A stretch of 64,000 nucleotides of DNA from a virus. Positions 59,323 through 64,000 of this stretch are shown piece after piece. The first letter of the stretch is position 1; each line of letters starts with the position of its first letter. The position numbers were made by a program, and so were the translations under genes. Location: positions 32,001 to 96,000 of IMG/VR virus record IMGVR_UViG_3300031952_002809; one strand, written 5' to 3'. The notes beneath the pieces were generated by a model. It saw only the letters and a program-made list of their open reading frames with translations, was not told where the DNA came from and searched no databases.

Positions 59323-59829
59323 ATGACATTAGAAGAATTAAAAGCATTAAGGGACAAAATAAAAGCTGCAACAGAAGCTCTTCAGGCTCAGAATGAGCAG
59401 TTGGTGAGTGAGAATGCAAGTCTCACTGCAGATATTGCTGACTTAAACTTGAGAATTATTGGGTTAGAGGGAGAGCTTCTGCAAAAAGATGCGGAGATTG
59501 CTGCAAAAGAAAGTGAATGCGCTTTAATTATTCAGCAAAAAGAAATTGATTTTGCTCTAAAAGAAAGTCAATTCGCTATAGTTATTCAGCAAAAAGACAT
59601 GGAAATTGCTGCAAAGGAAGGTCAATGCGCTTTAGAGATTCAGTCAAAGGATCTAGAGATTGCAGCACTGATACAAGCAAATACTTTTGAACTTGCTGCA
59701 AAGGACCAAGAACTTGAAGCACTTAGGGCGCAGGTTGATGCAGCACAAGCGGAAGTAGATGAGTTACTGGAAAAAGTGGCAACCATGGAAGAGATAATTG
59801 CTACATTACAGGAATGGCTTGGCCTTTAA
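59323..59829 (+). CDS. Long coiled-coil protein with 18-aa internal repeats
   Basis: ATG at 59323 after AGGGGG; QKDAEIAAKESECALIIQ-like unit repeated about 4 times. Confidence 0.7.
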   Translation: MTLEELKALRDKIKAATEALQAQNEQLVSENASLTADIADLNLRIIGLEGELLQKDAEIAAKESECALIIQQKEIDFALKESQFAIVIQQKDMEIAAKEGQCALEIQSKDLEIAALIQANTFELAAKDQELEALRAQVDAAQAEVDELLEKVATMEEIIATLQEWLGL

Positions 59830-59865
59830 TTTTGTAGTATTAATTATTTTTTAATACTTACTTAT

Positions 59866-59908
59866 ATTTTAGTATGGTAGGTCTGCTGATTTACCATACT
59901 AAAATTTT
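59866..59908 (+). terminator. Long stem-loop / terminator-like hairpin
   Basis: ATTTTAGTATGGTA...TACCATACTAAAAT forms a 14-bp perfect stem, extended by G-U pairs to a TGCT loop. Confidence 0.6.
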
Positions 59909-59962
59909 AAGGTGGGGGGCTCGAAGCAGGATATAAAGAAGAGGAGATTCCTAAGAAATAGT

Positions 59963-60469
59963 ATGCCACGAACAGGAATTACAGGTGATCAAGTCCAGGA
60001 TGGGACACTTACTGGAGAGGATATAGAAGATGGCGGTATTTACCGCCAAGATCTTAACATAACTTCAACAGGAAAAGCTGTTGTTCGTAAAGTTACTACG
60101 AGTACCGGTCTATCATACACATATACAGGAGTTGATGCTGGAACTGGAGATGTTATCCTTACAGTCTCAACGGGGTATGTGGCAGTAGTGCACCGCCCAC
60201 TTGATCAATTAGTTCATAACATAGCAGAGACAGCTTATTACGAAATAACTCGTTCAGGAACACAGATTTCTAAGGAGACTTGGTGGACTACTGCTGGGAA
60301 GACTATTAAAATTCGAGAGATTGATTATACATACTCAGGTGCATTTGTAACTCAAATGGTCACAAAGCAATATGATACCTCAGGTAATCTTATTGTAGGG
60401 GAAACCTTAACTGAGATAATTACCAGAACAGGCGTAAATGTAGATTATATAACATCTGTTCTGAGTTAA
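59963..60469 (+). CDS. Virion accessory protein
   Basis: ATG at 59963; MPRT.I.G.QV.DG.LT..DI N-terminal fibre-anchor-like motif. Confidence 0.65.
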   Translation: MPRTGITGDQVQDGTLTGEDIEDGGIYRQDLNITSTGKAVVRKVTTSTGLSYTYTGVDAGTGDVILTVSTGYVAVVHRPLDQLVHNIAETAYYEITRSGTQISKETWWTTAGKTIKIREIDYTYSGAFVTQMVTKQYDTSGNLIVGETLTEIITRTGVNVDYITSVLS

Positions 60470-60484
60470 ATAGAGAGATATAAT

Positions 60485-61540
60485 ATGAGTGGTGTAGTAG
60501 TATTAGATCCCATTCTTGTACAGAGTTCTACAGGAAATATTTTAAATATAACTGAGGGTTCAGCACATGTTGTAGTAACCTCAAGTGGGATTATGCAAAC
60601 AGAGACTCCCCCTGCTACTGATATTATCGTTACAGGGACTATTACTACATCTGGTGGATCTGTTCAAGTAGCTATTGCAGGATATAATTCCATAGGCATT
60701 GTAATAAGTGGTACTTGGGTAGCCACACTAACATGTGAATTTTCTTCTGATGCAGGCACTAGTTGGATATCAATGCCTGTTAGATCCAGTGTTTATAACG
60801 TCAATCAAGGTATTGTTCTTCCTGTTGTTTCTGGAACAATAACTACAAATGGAACATATGCACCGAATGTGACAGGAAGTATTACTCATATAAGAATACG
60901 TGCGTCTGCATTTACGTCTGGAACTGTTGACGTTTTAATAATGAAATCTGAGTCTGTTCCGACATTTACAGTTGGGCAGGTGGCTATAACACAAAATGCT
61001 ATTGTTTTATATAGTAACAGCACTTCTGTGAACCTTCCAGCTTTTGGAATGTATACAGGAACAGCAGAATTAACACTAGGTGCTAATTCAATTCAAGTAA
61101 ACTTTGTGTGTAGTAATGATTGTTCAGTATACATACAGCAGTCAGATGATTCTTTGTTATGGGATATACAAGATAGTTATTACGTACCAAATGGATTCTC
61201 TGATGCAAGAACGATTCAAGTAACAGGAATGTATGTAAGAGTAATAGTTACAAATGCTAGAAATAATGAAACAACTTTTTTAAGATTATCAACTGTGCTA
61301 CGCCCTATGGCTGAACCACTACCAAGAGCACTTACTCAAAAAGGATATTTGAAAGTAGCTATTCAAGAGATGCATCCAACTGAGATTGAGGGTAGCTCCG
61401 AAAGAGTTCAAGTGACTGATACTAGTGTAAGACGATTGCTTAATGATATGTTGAAGCAGCTTATGAAAATGAACACATATCTTGAAGTTATGACAGATGA
61501 ACATCTTAATGAACATGATTATGATGTAGATAAAATTTAG
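60485..61540 (+). CDS. Virion protein with two jelly-roll-like beta domains
   Basis: GTW.ATL..E.S.D.G..W...IRIRASAFTSG; second domain QSDD...WD...YVRV.VTN. Confidence 0.65.
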   Translation: MSGVVVLDPILVQSSTGNILNITEGSAHVVVTSSGIMQTETPPATDIIVTGTITTSGGSVQVAIAGYNSIGIVISGTWVATLTCEFSSDAGTSWISMPVRSSVYNVNQGIVLPVVSGTITTNGTYAPNVTGSITHIRIRASAFTSGTVDVLIMKSESVPTFTVGQVAITQNAIVLYSNSTSVNLPAFGMYTGTAELTLGANSIQVNFVCSNDCSVYIQQSDDSLLWDIQDSYYVPNGFSDARTIQVTGMYVRVIVTNARNNETTFLRLSTVLRPMAEPLPRALTQKGYLKVAIQEMHPTEIEGSSERVQVTDTSVRRLLNDMLKQLMKMNTYLEVMTDEHLNEHDYDVDKI

Positions 61541-61552
61541 GAGGTTATCTCT

Positions 61553-62122
61553 ATGCCGGATATTCTAAAGGATGGAACAGGTTCTGGTTATTTAGCTAAA
61601 GTCAACTCTTCAAATCAATTGACTACTTTTTCAACTTCTATTGCAACAGTAGGAACGTGTAGTATATTAGGAGATGTATTTTTTATTCCAATGCTATTTA
61701 GACAAGTCAGTGGAGGAACAGAAGAATTAGCTGCGGTTGTGACGTATACAGGAGTTAGAACTTGTATATTTCAACTATTTATAGTATCCTCACAAGATGC
61801 AAATACATGCGTAGCTACGATATATGGAGGTACTACATACGCAAGTGGAGGATATACGTCTTCAGCTGCTAATTTAAATACATCATCATCAAAAACATTT
61901 CCGGGTACGATTAAAATTCAAGCTGACCAACTTGCATCCTTTGTAACTCCATCTTTTGGCAGTCATATGTTCTCATGTGCTCTTACTGGATACAGCACAT
62001 TTCAATTAGATACAAGGGATGCTTTAATTATTAGACCAAATCTACCAATTGGATTGTCTATTAAAGCTCAAAATACTAACTCATACGTTCGTGCATATGG
62101 AACGATGTATGAGACCGATTAA
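61553..62122 (+). CDS. Virion accessory protein, paralog 1 (I.DG.G...AKV...NQ N-terminus)
   Basis: GGAGG RBS; shared N-terminal motif. Confidence 0.7.
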   Translation: MPDILKDGTGSGYLAKVNSSNQLTTFSTSIATVGTCSILGDVFFIPMLFRQVSGGTEELAAVVTYTGVRTCIFQLFIVSSQDANTCVATIYGGTTYASGGYTSSAANLNTSSSKTFPGTIKIQADQLASFVTPSFGSHMFSCALTGYSTFQLDTRDALIIRPNLPIGLSIKAQNTNSYVRAYGTMYETD

Positions 62123-62136
62123 GGAGGTAATTAACT

Positions 62137-62682
62137 ATGTTTATAGATGATGGCGGAGGAAACGGACGTCAAGCAAAAGTAAGTAGGAATAATCAAGTAC
62201 TTGTTCTTAGTACAATAACTTCTTTTAGTGCCTGGACTAGCAAGGAGTATGGTCAAGACTTTGGTTGGGTGAGCTCATATGCAGCGACTGCGGCTGATTA
62301 TGTCGTGTATATTATGAATCTAGATACAACAAATTATTTAAGAGTAAACAGACTGATTTTTAGCAGCACAGTCGCAACTTTGTGGACTCTCATAAAGGTA
62401 ACGGGTGGAACACCAGCAGGTACAACAATTACTGGAACCAACACGAATTTCTCTTCAGGAAAAACTGCATTGGTAACAGCATTAGGAAACGCTGCCGTCA
62501 CAGGATCCCCAACGGGAACTGTTATTAATAAAATACATACTGCGATAAGCACTCCATTTGAATATAGAGTAGAGGGTTCGATTATTCTTCCTGTTAATAC
62601 AGCAATAGCAGTTCAAGCGAGTGCTACAGGAACAATAGCAGTATTTATATCGGGATGGTTTGAAGATATTACAGGTGTTTAA
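62137..62682 (+). CDS. Virion accessory protein, paralog 2
   Basis: AAGGAGG RBS; shared N-terminal motif. Confidence 0.7.
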   Translation: MFIDDGGGNGRQAKVSRNNQVLVLSTITSFSAWTSKEYGQDFGWVSSYAATAADYVVYIMNLDTTNYLRVNRLIFSSTVATLWTLIKVTGGTPAGTTITGTNTNFSSGKTALVTALGNAAVTGSPTGTVINKIHTAISTPFEYRVEGSIILPVNTAIAVQASATGTIAVFISGWFEDITGV

Positions 62683-62688
62683 AATATA

Positions 62689-63342
62689 ATGTCATTACTC
62701 AGTAAAATAATAGATGGAACTGGAAGTAAATCTGCTGCTAAAGTAACAGTAAATAATGAACTGCTTGTTACAACTGGTTTAGGTATTCCTCCTTTTGGAC
62801 TTACTCAACGAGTAGTTCCATTCAGGCAGCATCTCACAACAAATGGAGAAGCTACTGGTACATCAAGTATGCTTGTAAATGGATCGAGTACTAACGTTGA
62901 GTATTATGTTCAAGCAAATTCTACAAATGATAGGTATGTCTCTGTTATGCAGTTTTTAATTGCAGATACAGTTATGACATTAAATAAATTTGGAGGAATA
63001 ACTGCGTTAACAAATGGTTGTCAGTTATTTTACTCGAGTAAGTTAACGGGAGTTCAATATTTGCATTTAGCACTAAAATCAAATTTTGATTTCATACGAC
63101 TTTCTAGAGGAAATCCTTCTTTCGGAGGAGGAGCTGCTGATGCATTTTTAGCGGGAGATGTTATTGGTAATTCAGATGCGTATATACCAAATATAGATAT
63201 ATCTCAAATAATTCCACCCTATGGATTAAAATTAGATGCTGGTAGTGATCAAAAATTAACATTTAAAATACGTGATAATGTTAGTACTATAGATGCGTTT
63301 GATTGTATTGTATCTGGTTTTGAGAGGTTACCTGATTTATGA
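62689..63342 (+). CDS. Virion accessory protein, paralog 3
   Basis: Shared N-terminal motif; MLVNGS...FGGITALTNG body. Confidence 0.7.
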   Translation: MSLLSKIIDGTGSKSAAKVTVNNELLVTTGLGIPPFGLTQRVVPFRQHLTTNGEATGTSSMLVNGSSTNVEYYVQANSTNDRYVSVMQFLIADTVMTLNKFGGITALTNGCQLFYSSKLTGVQYLHLALKSNFDFIRLSRGNPSFGGGAADAFLAGDVIGNSDAYIPNIDISQIIPPYGLKLDAGSDQKLTFKIRDNVSTIDAFDCIVSGFERLPDL

Positions 63343-64000
63343 TAACATACACAGAATTTATTTCAATATGCATTTCTAAAAAACTAAAAATACAATATAG
63401 AGAGTTAGTAGACGCTATAAGAAAAACATATAGTTTATTCGCTTATGATGGTTATAAATGTTATAAATGCATTATCGATGAGGTAGCAGATGTCTCTGAG
63501 TTTGAAACTATATACAAAGCCACCTCAAATCAACCAATAGATCCTCGTGATGAAAGTACAGGTGCTGGACTAGTAACATTAAATAACACGTCTATTTCTA
63601 CTCGTTTAAATTACCCAGTGGAATCGTTAACAAGTTGGGTAAAGGTTAGGCCAAGAAAAATTGCAGGAGATTTATATGTAAACTTTGTATATTTTACTAC
63701 AACCAGTACAGGAAGCTTTGATGCAGGAAATGATTCCCACTTTAGTATGTCACTCAGCTCAGATCATACAAAAACATATATTGATTTTTGTCCTGACTAT
63801 ACATATGAAGCTGGTGGAGGTGGAGCTATTATATTAAGTAGTATATCTACTGGCGAGTGTAAAGTAGCATTTATTGGTGCTCCTGACTACCCGCCTGAGT
63901 ATGGGGGCAGCGTTGAGTTTGTCCGAAATAAGAAACTTTCTTTGGTAAGAAACGAATGTATTTTAAATGACATTGATCCTAAATTAATGAGATACTCTGC
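63339..64000 (+). CDS. Hypothetical virion protein, 3'-truncated by window edge
   Basis: ATGA overlap with the previous stop; MITYTEFISIC...FETIYK..SNQP; appears open to the window end. Confidence 0.65.
   Translation, partial: MITYTEFISICISKKLKIQYRELVDAIRKTYSLFAYDGYKCYKCIIDEVADVSEFETIYKATSNQPIDPRDESTGAGLVTLNNTSISTRLNYPVESLTSWVKVRPRKIAGDLYVNFVYFTTTSTGSFDAGNDSHFSMSLSSDHTKTYIDFCPDYTYEAGGGGAIILSSISTGECKVAFIGAPDYPPEYGGSVEFVRNKKLSLVRNECILNDIDPKLMRYS

Noticed and set aside
1090-62552. Minus-strand and nested short ORFs from the six-frame track
   Set aside because: They lie antisense to or inside well-supported + strand genes and lack motifs; treated as shadow ORFs.
1-64000. Stop-codon reassignment
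   Set aside because: Conserved genes are full length under the standard code, and TAA, TAG and TGA all end genes at coupled junctions.

Overview
A 64-kb, AT-rich, densely coding segment of a large tailed dsDNA phage (Caudoviricetes). Every credible gene is on the + strand and uses the standard genetic code. Bases 1-30.1 kb are a self-sufficient replication/recombination/nucleotide-metabolism block: Rad50/SbcC-like ATPase, class II RNR, dUTPase, SSB, UvsY-like protein, RuvC, a UDG-fused family-A DNA polymerase, beta-clamp, RecA, DnaC-like loader, DnaG, SF2 helicase, sigma factor and DnaB. A tubulin/FtsZ-family gene flanked by ribbon-helix-helix (RHH) genes sits inside this block. Bases 30.2-64 kb hold an amidase endolysin, collagen, beta-helix and beta-propeller fibre/appendage proteins, candidate lysis membrane proteins, a terminase large subunit, a DUF2829/Tad2-like gene and many virion accessory proteins. 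Five inteins interrupt catalytic motifs of PolA, RecA, the helicase and the terminase (two). The most notable signals are: (1) a Thr-Ser-Thr-Gly tetrapeptide found 26 times by hand count in 8 virion-type proteins and not seen in the replication proteins, with position-matched gains between paralogous repeats, suggesting a virion modification (e.g. glycosylation) sequon; (2) a QGSLF clamp-binding motif inserted in the PolA exonuclease domain near a phage beta-clamp gene; (3) a tubulin + RHH partition-like operon with a palindromic operator; (4) a metallophosphoesterase-fold protein lacking most of its metal ligands. All family calls come from motif recognition by eye; no database search was run.
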